A DNA stretch of 64,000 nucleotides from Octopus sinensis (lineage: Eukaryota), in the NCBI RefSeq assembly GCF_006345805.1, contig NC_043007.1, forward strand, positions 31,000,001-31,064,000, written 5' to 3'. This document shows positions 38,212 to 52,200 of this stretch, piece by piece (within the stretch, counting starts at the first letter, position 1; every line of letters starts with the position of its first letter). The position numbers and the translations under genes were made by a program. The notes below the pieces were generated by a model. The model worked only from the letters and a program-made list of their open reading frames with translations, did not search any database and was not told where the DNA came from.

Positions 38212-39657
38212 ATATTTTGTGAAATTTGATCTAGTATTTCTAAATTGAATTTTTCCCTGTAAGTTAGGAATAATATTCCCTCAAATAATTATTAGCATAT
38301 ATATATATATTTTAGATACTTTAGCTGCCAATTCTGTACAAGACATTGTATATCTTTAGCTGGGCTAAAAAGTCACATTCGATCACAGCACCAATAACAG
38401 TTAAGCTTTGTGCAATGGCCATACTCAATAACGAGGGGGAAGCCATCATATATATATATATATACTAGCAGTATCGCCCGGCGTTGCTCGGGTTTGTAAG
38501 GGAAATAACTATATAAGCATTTTTAGAGAGTTATAGCCAAAAAATGCATTAAAAATGGAAAAAATATGATGGTAAATTTTTTTTAAATCGTTGACTCATC
38601 GTAGACATTTTTAGAGAGTTACTTCCCTTATATAATAGCGAAAAAATGCATTAAAATGGGAAAAAAACGATGGTAATTTTTTTTTGAAATCGTAGACTCA
38701 TGTAGACGCTTTCTTAGCCATTTCTGTTTTGGTGTCTTCAAGCCATGAAGTCGTTGTTCTAAAAGAACACTGGTCTCCTTGACAACGCATTACGACGTTG
38801 ATTTCCTTACACTCCCTTCCCCACAGGTGCAGGTGTGAGCGTGGACGCCAACTCCGCCGCCATTGACACACGAAAAATTATGCATTAAAATGGAATAAAA
38901 AAATGATGTTAAATTATTTTTAAAATCGTAGACTCATCGTAGACGCGCGCTAATATTCAGACGGGCTCGATATGAATCACAACTATAAGCTACCCGAATT
39001 TGGTTAAACTGTACCGCAAAATGTGGGAGTAGTTAGGAATCTAAATCGAAGGGGACAGACACTCACACAACTTCAGTTTTATATATATAGATATACATAG
39101 CGCAGTAGTGGTGAGATATGACAGCAAAGAAAAGCATACATTCACTCTCTGCATGCAATTAGACTCGGAAAGTTCGTGAGGAACCCATTGACCCAATTTG
39201 CTGACTTTTCCGATAGCACACAGGTGTCAATGAATGGTTGAATGACCAAATCCAAGCTTCTCTGCTAGTTCCTCAACAGTTACGATGATATTTTGTTCCA
39301 CCAGGGTTTTCAGGATGTCCTTGTCGAGTTCTACAGATCTTTCAGGATGAGGCTTGTCTTCTAGGCTGTAGTTTATGGCTCGGGATTTCTGGAACCACCA
39401 TTGACACTGCCTTACGCTTATTGTCCAATCCCCATATACTGCATTAATATTTCTTGTACTTTGCACACATTTATATTCTGTTATTCTTTTATGTTTCAGC
39501 CTTGAGGTTGTGGCCATGCTGGATCATGTGTGTGTGTGTGTGTGTGTGTCTATCTGTCTGTCTGTCTGTATGTATATATGTATATGTATGTGTGTGAACA
39601 ATAATATTTTCAACAGATGTGTTGCAAATGTATCTGATTGTTCTCAAGCTTCAATAC

Positions 39658-39692
<35 letters not shown>

Positions 39693-39731
39693 ATGTATGT
39701 GTGTGTGTATGTATGTGTGTGTGTATGTGTA

Positions 39732-39762
<31 letters not shown>

Positions 39763-40196
39763 ATGTATGTATGAGTGTATGTTTACTTTATTACTAATTA
39801 CTCTCTTCCAAGAACATTTTCACTCACTCTTAGCTCTTAGCTTCCCATACATTTTACTCATGTATCTATCAGCGTCATAGACAGAATACTTTCACTTTAG
39901 TCTTCCTCAAATCACTCTGTCGCTATTTACTTTCATTTTATTCGTCGCCCACTGTGTGTGTGCGTTTGCGTGTGGTGTAAACCAGACTAAGAAAAGCATT
40001 TGACACACACACCAGAATGTGAGTTTTCTGTAAATTTTGCTTAATTGGAGTTTAAATATTAAAAACTGGACCTGGCATGACGCGATGCATTGTACTCTCA
40101 AAAATGCTAGGTAAATTGTAATTGAAGAAATCCTATATTGTAGATTTGTATAACTCCCAAAGGGAGGCAGATAAAATCTGCCTTTTATAATAAGAG

Positions 40197-40232
<36 letters not shown>

Positions 40233-43200
40233 CTTTTTATTTGTCCTCTGCTACTGTCTGACAACCAGTGTTGGTGTGTGTATATATATCATTTTAAAAT
40301 TCTTTCTTTTTTTTTTTTTTTGGTGTTTGACATGTTTTGCTCTTTTACTCTTTCCAGTGCAATTTAACGTTTTCCCGTACATCACTTCTGAGTCAGTCAA
40401 TGAATGACTTGTACCGTTCTACAGATAGCCTTAATATTGTCGGTGTGAGGTGAGTTGATTGTTTTGAAACCTTTCATCTAACAACTATTCACACCTGTTT
40501 CCTAACTAAACACAAATTTAATTTGTAGCAGCAGCAGAATAGGGAATCACAAAAAATTTTTCTTGAACCAATATATAAAGAAAAGCCTGCAATTTTTATA
40601 ATACTTATTGACGAAAGCGAATAATGGTGGACTTTGATGTATAAAAATCTGTTTATGTACAACAGAAGCAGTATTGGATTAAAATGGTCATCTGTGTATC
40701 AAACTTCATGTAGACGCAACACAAAAAAGGTTAATTAACTGCAATAGTTGTTTGGAGATAATATCTCTTATGGACAAACTGTATTTAGAAATACAAAGAA
40801 GAAGGTATAGCATCACATAATGTGGAGAACAACTGCTGGTTCCTACGGGACAACCTGTTGAGGGCTACAGACAGATCTGTGGCTGGTGCAAAGTCTCCTG
40901 TCGACCTAAGGTGACATGGTGGTGGAACAATGTAGTTGACAAGGCCATTAGGGAAAAGAAACAGGCATGGGAGAACTGGAAGTGTAGGGGTAGCTGGGAA
41001 CTGTATCAGAAGGGAAGCTAGAAGACAGATTTACTTAGCCAGAAGAAGAGAAGCAGATAAAAAGAAATTTGCCAATGTTCTGTGTTGTGAGGACCAGAGA
41101 CTTGAAGTGTTTCAAATTGCAAGACAGTGTGTGAGAGAAAATCATGATGGTTCACTTGCATTTAATGATGCTGCAAAAGAGAGAGAGACTTGGAGACACC
41201 ACTATGTGAGGTTGCTAAATGATGAGAATAAATGGGAAAAAGAGAGCCTGCCAGATGTCAACCTAACAGAGGGACCAGCTATTCAATTTGACAATTTGAC
41301 AGTATTTTGGTAGATAAAGCAATTAAGGGTATGAAGACATGGAAAGCTCCTGACCCATCAGGAATCACTACTGTGGAATATCTGGCAGTGTAGGCTATAG
41401 TCTAGTCACCTGTATAATTAACCAGGTGATACACAAAGCAGTCATACCCAATGACTGGTGTAGCTGCACCATAGTCAACTGCTACAAAGGTAAAGGTCAT
41501 GCCTTAGATAGAAATAATTACAAAGGTATCAAATTGTTGGATCAGGTGATGATAATCACAGAGAGGGTCATAGCCCAACTAATTAGGGAGAGAATCTATT
41601 GTTGTTTAGCTCAAGACCAGCCTTGTCCTTACAGATTTGTGACCAAATTCATGGCAGTTATAATTGTCCTGCTCTTCTGTTGAGTATTTCATATTTAGGG
41701 TTGTATTATGTAATGTATCAGTCCCTTTCAAAGACGATAGGGAGATCTAACTGCTATTTCTATAAGCTTCCTGAATCACTCTTTGAAGGCAGTGGTTGTC
41801 ATGCCATATAAGGCGGCGAGCTGGCAGAGTCGTTAGCACACCAGGCAAAATGCTTAGCAGTATTTCGTCTGCCACTACGTTCTGAGTTCAAATTCCGCCG
41901 AGGTCGACTTTGCCTTTCATCCCTTTCGAGGTCGATTAAATAAGTACCAGTTACGCACTGGGGTCGATATACTCGACTTAATCCGTTTGTCTGTCCTTAT
42001 TTGTCCTCTCTGTGTGTAGCCCCTTGTGGGTAGTAAAGTAACAGGTTGTCATGCCATTGGAATGGTATTGGTTTACTTGTGCTAAAAGTTTGGAGATTAA
42101 ATAACTGTGAACACGATTGGATGGAAATCCTTTTACACTGGATGTTTGCTGTAGATAAGACTTGCTTGAACACACCTGTGATTAATGGAATCCCAGCCAA
42201 AACCATTTTATCTTTTGTTTAGGCTTTGTCTAACCTGGATTACATCATCCAATGTGTACCTTGGGGTGTTAGGGGGTGTGGCTTGAGGGAGGATTAGAGG
42301 TTATTTTTGACTGTTCAACTGACAAGCAGATGCCTTGACCCCTCATGAATTGTATGCCCTTTCCCAGTAGAGTCCTTATTTGAAATCAAATTGAGTGGGT
42401 TGATAAACATTATACATCTTAAAACCTTAAACACCATTTGATGGAATATAAACGGTTGTCTATCAAGCCATGTGTGGAGCTCTGCATTTTAGTAGACACT
42501 AGTACTTTTATGACTAAGTCATAAAAATATTAGGAGAGGCTTGTTATGCAATAAAAAAAAGAAATTAAGAAAGTATTGTAATTGAGTAATTTAATTTAGA
42601 TTATTCTCATTGAATGATCTTGATAAGATCACCAGATAGTTTCTATTTAGAATTTTATTTGATACGGAAAACAAAGGTAAAATTACTCAGCTTTGAGTGT
42701 AGACAGATGGTGGAACTTGAAGTAGATACAGCTATAGATAATGTAGAATATTAAGTTAAAAACCCTTTGGGCAGGGAAAGTTGAAGGCTACCCATGGGAC
42801 TCGAACTCATATCTTCTGTAAACATGACAGATGTTCTACCATTATATCACAGCAATCCTTCAAATTTTAAAAGCTTCGTTCTTACCAGCAAGAATTGTAT
42901 TTTGTTTATGCTATAAGAATGGTGAAACTTCAAGAGATTTGAAATAAATCATTTTTATTATTGGAACTCAAAGTATAAAAAGCTACATTTACTTCCATTA
43001 AAAATGATTTATTTAAAATCTCTTGAAGTTTCTAAATTCCTATCATGTAAATAGACGAATAGCATTATCCTTATAATTTTAAGTGGAGAAACCTGTTGTA
43101 AAGGGACCATTTCACTGCAGGAGATTCCCATCATCATCATCATCATCATCGTTTGTCTGTTTTCCATGCTGGCATGGGTTGGACGATTTGACTGAGGTCT

Positions 43201-46154
43201 GGCGAATCAGATGGCTGCACCAGGCTCCAATCTTGATCTGGCAGAGTTTCTACAGCTGGATGCCCTTCCTAATGCCAACCACTCTGAGAGTGTAGTGGGT
43301 GGTTGGCATTAGGAAGGGCATCCAGCTGTAGAAACTCCCAATGAACAAAATATTTTGTTTTTCAAGATAACATTTGCGTCAGTGTGAATTTACTGAGAAA
43401 TACCAGGGAAAAGAAAAAAGAAATTGCTGATAAGAAGTTTTTAAAATATGCTTGCTATAGAATTGTTATTGGTAACCTTTATATGTTGTTTACTAGAATA
43501 TATTTATTTATTCAGTGCTGTTGCTCAGAGATTTTGTAAATAAGACATTTTGTTACGAATATCCATCCTTATTGCCAACTGCTAATTAATTGCTTCATTA
43601 TTGTCATTATTCTTTATGAGAAGATTATGAACTACATCAAAGAGAAAATTTTAATTCTTTTGTATTTAATTGTTATTATACATTATCATATTTTTTATTA
43701 TATAATTTAAACTTTATTCTTTCTTGTAAGGAGTTCTCAAATAGATTTAACCCTTTCGTTACCAACCCGGCTGAAACTGGCTCTGGCTACAAATGTCTTA
43801 TTTTCATAAGTTTTGAACAAAAATCTCCCACCCAACCTTAGTCATAATTTATGTTCCTAATACTAGCTGAATGATAGCTAAATTATTTTACTAAATTCTT
43901 TGTTGTATTTAAAGTTATTGAAAGACGCACAGAGCATCTATAAAAAAAATCCAGTAACGAAAGGATTAAAACAATTTCCTCAAATATACTACAAATATTT
44001 TTACACTAAAAAGTAAACCCTTAGCTTTTGTTATTCATTTCTCTTCCTTGTTCCTATTTCCTTCATTCAGTGGAGACTTTGACTTAGTTCATCGCCAAGA
44101 AATTGAAATGCTGGAAGAAAAACGGTGAGACTTCAGAGAATAGCTTTTTCTCTTCGTAAAGAGTTTTTGAAAGTATTTTTTGATGCAAAAGAACAATTGC
44201 AGGAGCACTTCTTAGATTTATCAAAACTAATTTGTAAGCTGTTAAGTTATATTTTTGAAATTATTGGATTGAGAGATGTCAAGCTAATATTAAACATAAA
44301 AAAAAAATTTTTTGCTCAAAAGTTTCCAGCATTTCTGACAAAGCATGAAATATCTGAAGCATTTTTCGTCATAATAATTTGTGCTTGCTTCTTAACAATT
44401 TTACAATTTTTGTCAAATTTCTTTCCAGACAAGAGATTGAGAATATGGAGGAGAAACATCGACAAGCTGAGATGGATCGTCTTTGCAAGCAATCGGAACT
44501 TGAAAAGGAACTGGAAGTCAAGAGATCTCAGCTGAATTCTCTCCAACTTGAAATGGAAAAAGCTCAAGATGAAACAAAAAAAGTAAGTCTTTAACAGTCA
44601 TATAAATGTTTTTATTAGCTCTGGACAAAGGTATGATGTACTTGACTCAGTAGGTCTCCTCAAGCACAGGGTCAAAACGGGGTTTCTTTACTTGCCACCT
44701 AAATGAATTTTAAAATATTATACTAACAACAGAGTATGGTAAATGAGATGTAATTGGAATGATTAAAAATGTAGTTATTGCCTTTTGCTCTTTTGATGCC
44801 AACAGATCCTAAAACTACCCATTTATTGGAGTGGTATTTCTCAAAAGAAAACCCCCAACACTAAAAAAAAAACCAGCTACAATTTTTCAGACAATTTCCA
44901 GTGTTTTGCTTGGTTTTATCTTCAGTTGTCGTGTGTAAAGAGTATTAAACTGAACTAGAGATCAGAGATCAAAATATATTTTAAATATATTTTTAAAATT
45001 GTTAATCTCTAAACATGAAATTAATAACCAGAAAAATTATATAATCTTATTAACAACAATTAATCCCAAACATTTAGAGATTTAATTAAAGTTAGTTAAA
45101 ATGCTTCTTAAAATTATCAATTTACAGGTTCAGCTACAAGTCAGACAAGAACAAGCGAAATTAAAACGGAAAAGTCAGGAAATTGAGAAGCAGTTCAAAG
45201 ATTATTTGGAAGAAAAAGAAAAATTCCATTTGGAGAAAGAAATGGAAAGAATAAAAAGGCAAAAGGAAACGGTAAAAAGCTTTCGTTTTTCTTGTGATAG
45301 AAGTATTTGTGTCAGTAAGAAGTGATATATGGTATGCTCTTTGCTCTTTTACTTGTTTCAGTCATTTGATTGTGGCCATGCTGGAGCACCGCCTTTAGTC
45401 GAACAAATCAACCCCAGGACTTATTCTTTGTAAGCCTAGTACATATTCTATTGGTCTCTTTTGCCGAACCGCTAAGTTATGGGGACGTAAACACACCAGC
45501 ATCAGTTGTCAAGCAATGTTGGGGGGACAAACACAGATACACAAACATACACACACATTTATATACATATATACGACGGGCTTCTTTCAGTTTCCGTCTA
45601 CCAAATCCACTCACAAGGCTTTGGTCAGCCCGAAGCTACAGTAGAAGACGCTTGCCCAAGGTGCCACGCAGTGGGACTGAACCTGGAACCATGTGGTTGG
45701 GCAGCAAGCTACTTACCACACAGCCACTCCTACGGTGTATATATGGATATAGATGACATGTAGTGAGTAGCGAAGTCCTTCACCACTGATGGAGTTGGAT
45801 GGTTATCATCATGGTATGTGGTGTGTCTTGAGAATATTAATCTTGGCAGGGCTTATCTCCCTCTCTCCAGGTCTGAACACAAGTGATTTCTTTTAGAGAA
45901 AGAGAGAGAAAACGTGTGTAAATGATGCAGAGAGTGTGAGAAAGAGTAAGAGAGAAGAATAGATTTAGATGCTGCAGGACCCCTGTTCTTGGCCCTTTTC
46001 CCACTTTAGCCTCTATACACTTGGCTCTCTATAAAAGGGTGTTGTCTTGCCTGTTACTTGGTGACCCTACTAGTGTTGGGGCCACATAAAAAGTATCTAG
46101 TACACTCTGTAAAAATGGTTGACATTAAGAAGGACATCCAGCCATAGAAACTTC

Positions 46155-46226
<72 letters not shown>

Positions 46227-49200
46227 AAGGTAAAATCCAAAGATCAAGGTGTAGGAAGTATGTAGCCTGGATTTTATCTACTCCATTACTTAATTTTGGA
46301 TTTCTATTCATATATATATATAATATATAAAGTATATAAGACACTTATCTCTGTCACTATATACATTTCGTCTCTCACCAACTGGCATAAAGACAGTGAG
46401 ATGGCAGAAACGTTAGCACGGCAGGCAAAATGCTTTGCAGTATTTCGTCTGTTGCTACGTTCTGAGTTCAAATTCCACTGAGGTCGTCTTTGCCTTTCAT
46501 CTTTTCGGGGTCAATTAAATAAGTACCAGTTACGCACTGGGGTCGATACAATCGACTTAATCCGTTTGTCTGTCCTTGTTCATTCTCTTTGTGTTTAGCT
46601 CCTTGTGGCTGGGAAGTGGATATGTTAACTCCACAGCCATGCATGTACCTAGAATGAGGACACAAAATTTATAATAATTCTAGGCTTTATATGAAGTTAA
46701 ATATGTGAAAAATGTAACTTGTATTGTTGTTGTAGGAGGAAGAAATAGCGAAACGATTGGCTGAAAGATCAGCCAGTTGCTGCACCGAGGTGGAGAATGA
46801 ATTGAAGAAACTGACAGAAGAAGAAACGGTTCTGAGAAACAATCTGATGAAGACAAAGGAATTGTTGGAGAAAGTAAGGATGGTTAATCTTCTGTCATTT
46901 ACTTGTTTCAGTTATTGGAACGGGGTCATGCTGGAGCACTACCTTAAAGTGTTTCAGTTGAACAAATTGACCCCCCCTCCCGCCAACTTATTTCTAATGT
47001 TTGGTATTTGTGCTATTGGTGTCTTTTGCTGAACTGTTTGTTAGCTTATGGGAATGTAAACAAACCGACATTTGTTGTCAAGTGGTGGGGGACAAACGCA
47101 GACATAAAGACACACATAGACATATGAGGGGGTGCTGAAAAGTCCCTGGCTCTGGGTGAAAGAAAATACAGGAGGAGGATCAGTTAATTATGATTTTATT
47201 CAACATGTTCCCCTCTCGGACTCACACACTTATTGCAGCATTCCTTCAGATTTTCTAAGCCCTGTAAAAGAACTGTCCAGTTCATATTAAGTGGTGAACG
47301 AGGATATAATGTTTTTGCTTGTATACATTGATGTAACTATTTTGTCATATAACTACCAGTATCGCCTGGCGTTGCTCGGGTTTGTTTCAACCCTTTAGAA
47401 TTGGAATTTTTGAAAAATAAAAATTTTGCATTATGTACCTTGTTATTCTCTTTAAGTGAACATTTTTCTGGTTGAAATACACCAAACAATGGCAACACAG
47501 CAGTAAAAAAAATCGTAAAAAATCGGGATTTTCATAGAAAAAAAAAGCACCTTTTTGATGTAAATAATTTTTGGTGTTCACATGGTCCGATTTGAATTTT
47601 ATCTTCTACGGAATGAAGAGCAAGCCTTCTTCTATCATACTCTCTCGGAGGAGATAGTGTTAGTTGAAGGCTACCAAACCTGCCATACACAGACAACTTC
47701 AGCTTTGTATATATAGAGAGATTAAGTCTAATAGAAGGGGTGATAACTCTCTGGAAGGAATGTAAGCCTGGTAAATCTGACTAATTTGATCAAATTTCTC
47801 TAATGATTATCCCAAAGGTTTTACTCAGTATAGGTGCAGTCCAACGACAGAAACCAGTTACAATAATTAAGTTCAGACTCAATCAAGGTATATCCTTTTT
47901 TTTATAAAGTGTCATAACTATAAACTGATATAACTGTAATTTGTGTATGAGTAAATAAGAGTTAGAACAGAAGTCAGCCGAGCCCTACATTTTAGGATGG
48001 ATAACTAGAATCTCACCACCAACCCCTGAATTGATTTAAGCACAAGTAATTTATTTCGTAGGAAATCCATGATCTGGAGTTGAAGCAGGAAGCGAAACTG
48101 AATTTGGAGCAGCAGATCGAAGACATTGAGAAGGAAAAATTGAATAAAGAAACAAAACTAGAAGCCATGACACAACAATACGATCAACAGAAGGCAGACT
48201 TAGAGTACCAAAAGCAAAAGGTGAGTTGTTAGTTGACTTGTTTGAGCCCTTCGTTCCCTGTAGAGTATAGGCTATCAATGACTTCTCTCCCATTGTCATC
48301 AATGCTTCTGTGACTGCTTTTTTTCTAGGTTGGGGTGGTTAGCCCGACACAAGCCAATTTTTACCTCCAGGAAGAGGAGGTCTGTATTAGTTTGATCCCT
48401 ACCCTTTGATCTGTCCAGCACGGGAGGAGCCCTACTAGGAGCTTTTGCTCTGCTGGCATAGCTTACAGGGTCATTGAGGCATATAAGCCACCACGCTGCA
48501 ACGAGGACTGGACCTTGCGGTGGTAGTACCATTTTAGTCATTCATCATCATCATCATCATCATTTAACATCTGTTTTCCATGCTGGCATGGCTTGAACCG
48601 TATGACCAGAGCTGACCAGCTGAAGAGTTGTCCAGGCTGCATGTCTGATTTGGCATGGTTTCTATGGCTGGATGCCCTTCCCAAAACCAAAACACTTTAC
48701 AGAGTGTATTGGGTGCTTTTACGCAGTGCTGGCATGGATGCGTTTATCTGGCACCAGAATGGGTACTTTTTATGTGGCACCAGCATCTACGAGCCCACAA
48801 GATTAGAAATGCTCAGCTGATTACAGATGCAGGGGACAAGCCTGTATGCAAGGACAATCACGCTTGTAATGCTTCATTGCACATTGATAACAAAACTGAT
48901 CTTAAATATCTCTTCACTGTCTGTACAATTAGAACTGCATGTGAAGTCCGTGATCTTTGAAGAGCATAGCCAAGATAGAGATGGTATGGATATATCTAGA
49001 GTGTTGTTCAAATGATGAACTTGAGAGTAACTCTTTTGATCCCAACCCACCTGGAACCACGCCTCAGTCTGTGTTACATAATTTCCCTTCTTAAAGTGAT
49101 CTTTAAAATCTTCCATTAAAATTTTGTGTTAATTTATATTCCAAACACTAGCATAATGAAATCAAAATGGTTTTGATAAATTCCTCATTATGCGACACCA

Positions 49201-52200
49201 TTTTTGGCAGCTGGACTATTGTTCAAAGTGGTTTTGTATAAGTTAATATACCTGTAACAAAAGCAATAAATTTCAGCAGAAATATGGTAACAAAAATGTT
49301 AAGCATACCTGCTATATTTTACACTTCTGCCTAGCTTTAGGGATAAACTAATCCATACAAAAGGTATTCCAGCTGCCAAAAATGGTTTCATATTTTTGTA
49401 AAGCGACTATTATAAATTCTAGCCTTACTAATTAGTAACATATCTGAAACTGTCATCAACCTAAATTATTGACAATTAAGAATGGAAACAAACTTACCAT
49501 TATTATTCTAATAGAAGTAATAATTCTTTCAAAGAAATTGAATTCCTTTTGAGCGTTGGGCCTCACAGAAGTAAAGGCTGAGACCCTTGCCATTATGTCA
49601 TGCTTGAGAAGACCCATCAAGCTGAGAAAAATCACAGTCATGGCAGATACTGGTATCATGCAAATGGCATCTGTGCCAGTGGCATGTAAAAGCACCCATT
49701 ACACTCTCAGAGTGGTCAGCATTAGGAGGGGCATCCAGACATAGAAAACTGTGCCAAATCACACTGGAGTCTGGTGCAGCCTTCCAGTTTACCAGCTCCA
49801 GTCAAACCGTCGAACCCATGCCAGCACGGACAACAGACATTACGCGATGATTAGCACTTAAACTTGAAAATATATATAAATAAAACACATTATAGCAAGG
49901 TTTGAATCCAGGATTTTATGGTTACTTATTCCAATATATGTCTTTTTTTTCTTTTTTCTTCAAGATGAGACGAGAATTGGAAGGTGACAAAAAGATAATT
50001 GAAGGTTTGACCTACGAGCTTCAAGAGGCTGGCAAAAAATTCTCTGAATTTACAGCAGCGCATGATGGATGGATTGAAACTCAGGGAGAAGAAGTGAAGA
50101 AGAAATGGTACCAGCTTGAAAATAAAGAGATCGAATTGATTCAAGAATATGAAAATTCTATGAAAGACTTTGAAATACAACACAAGAAGGATTTTGAGGA
50201 TATCAATTTTGCGAAACAAGAAATCGAGGATGCTAAGCAGGAACTTGAAAAACACCAGAAGCTAAAACAGGAAGAATATACCAAAGCAAAAAATGCTGAA
50301 GACAGAGAAAAAATCAATGTGGAAATTGAAGAATTGGAAGCTGCTATGAAGGAGCTGCTTGTTCACGAGGAGGAACATATTAAGGGGGAGAAAAGTTATT
50401 TACAAAGATATGATGATAAGAAAGACCTGTTCACAAAGTCTTTTAATGAACAAAAAGATCAAATTGATCAGGAAAAGAACGCATTGAGGCAATCGGAGAA
50501 GTTTCGCATTGAAAAACAGGTTTATGAAAAATCCCTGATTTTGGAAGAACGGGAAAGTTCGGTTAAGATGCAGGAAGAAATCTTGCAAGATATGGAGAAG
50601 AATCTAAAGATTTCTACTGAAAAATTGGTCAGTGAAATTAATGAACTTTCTGTAAAACAAGAACAGATGATGAAACAGTCAGAAGAACAAGATGGAAACC
50701 TTCAAACATCTATAATAGAACTGAAGAAGAGACAAGACCAAGTGGAGAAGCAGGAAAGCCTTGAACTCGAGAGAATTGCCAAAGAAAAACGAAGGTAAAT
50801 TAGATTTTTAGATATTCTGTTGTCAATCTAATTTCCTAGAATTTTTGCAAAAGGCACAGGTTATGACCATGTGGTTAAGAAGCATGCTTTACAATCACAT
50901 GGTTTTGGGTTCAATCCCGCAGAATGGTCATAGTTTGAGTGACTTTATTTATAAGTCTGCTTGATCAAAGATGATCTGGGGTCAAACAATGATTTTCCAC
51001 GGGTTTCTTTTTTCTCCTTAATGCAACTTCAGATTCAATCTTAGGGTTTTTATCCACTTTTCGCAAAATTAATTACACACTTCATCCAATATTATATTAC
51101 ACAATTAACGGAATAGTAATTATATTATATTTCTCATAACAGTATGTTACACACGTCTGGTAGTATTTTATACACACCATGTGATATTCTCTAACCCACA
51201 TCATCATATATTGCTAATAGTATTTTATACACATCATCATCATCATTATATGTCTTTTTTTTCTATGCTGGCATGGGTTAGATGGTTCAAATGGGACTAA
51301 AGAGCCAGATACTACATCAACCTGTAATGTCTTCTTTGGCATGGTTTCTACAGCTGGTGGCCTTTCTTAACACCAATGACTTCCCAGTGTGGACTGGTTG
51401 CTTTTCTCATGGCACCAGCACTAGTGGGGTTACTGAGTACTTGCAAGACCCCCCCCCCCATCCCACTAAGTGGCATATAGTATTGAGGGATATGGAAGTA
51501 GGATCTGTTGCCTTACTGAAGAGAGAGAGAGAGAGGTGTGAGGTCAAGGTAGGAGGTGAATATGAAAGAGAGCATAGAAACAGGAATAGGAAAGGTGGAC
51601 TGGCACAGGTGTGGCTGTGTGGTAAGAAGGCGGCGAGCTGGCAGAAACGTTAGCACACCAGGGGAAATGCTTTGTGATATTTCGTCCGCTACTGCGTTCT
51701 TAGTTCAAATTCTGCTGAGGTCGACTTTGCCTTTCATCCTTTCGTGGTCGCTAAATTAAGTACCAGTTATACACTGGGGTCGATGTACTCGACTTAATCC
51801 CTTTGTCTGTCCTTGTGTGTCCCCTCTATGTTTAGCCCTTTGTGGGCAATAAAGAAATAAGAAGCTTGCTTCCTAACCATATATCATCATTGTTTAACAT
51901 CCACTTTCCATGCTGGCATGAATTGGCTGGTTTGGCAGAAAACTAGTAAACCGGAGGGCTGCACCAGGTTCCAATCTGATTTGGCAAGATTGGAGGCCCT
52001 TCCTAATGCCAACCACTCCGAGAGTGTAGATTGTTTCCTTTTTATGTGCCACTGGCACAGGTGCCATTGACCTGACATTGGTATCTGTTACAACTATGGT
52101 CTCACTTGGTTTGACCGGTCAGCACAGGCATGATATATCATCAAGAGTCATGGTCACCTGTCACTGTATCCATGAGGCCCAGTGCTCGAATGATGCTCTT

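Noticed and set aside
47123-47270. Mariner-like terminal repeat (TATGAGGGGGTGCTGAAAAGTCCCTGG)
   Set aside because: It resembles a mariner end, but I found no matching opposite end or transposase, so it is not listed as a feature.
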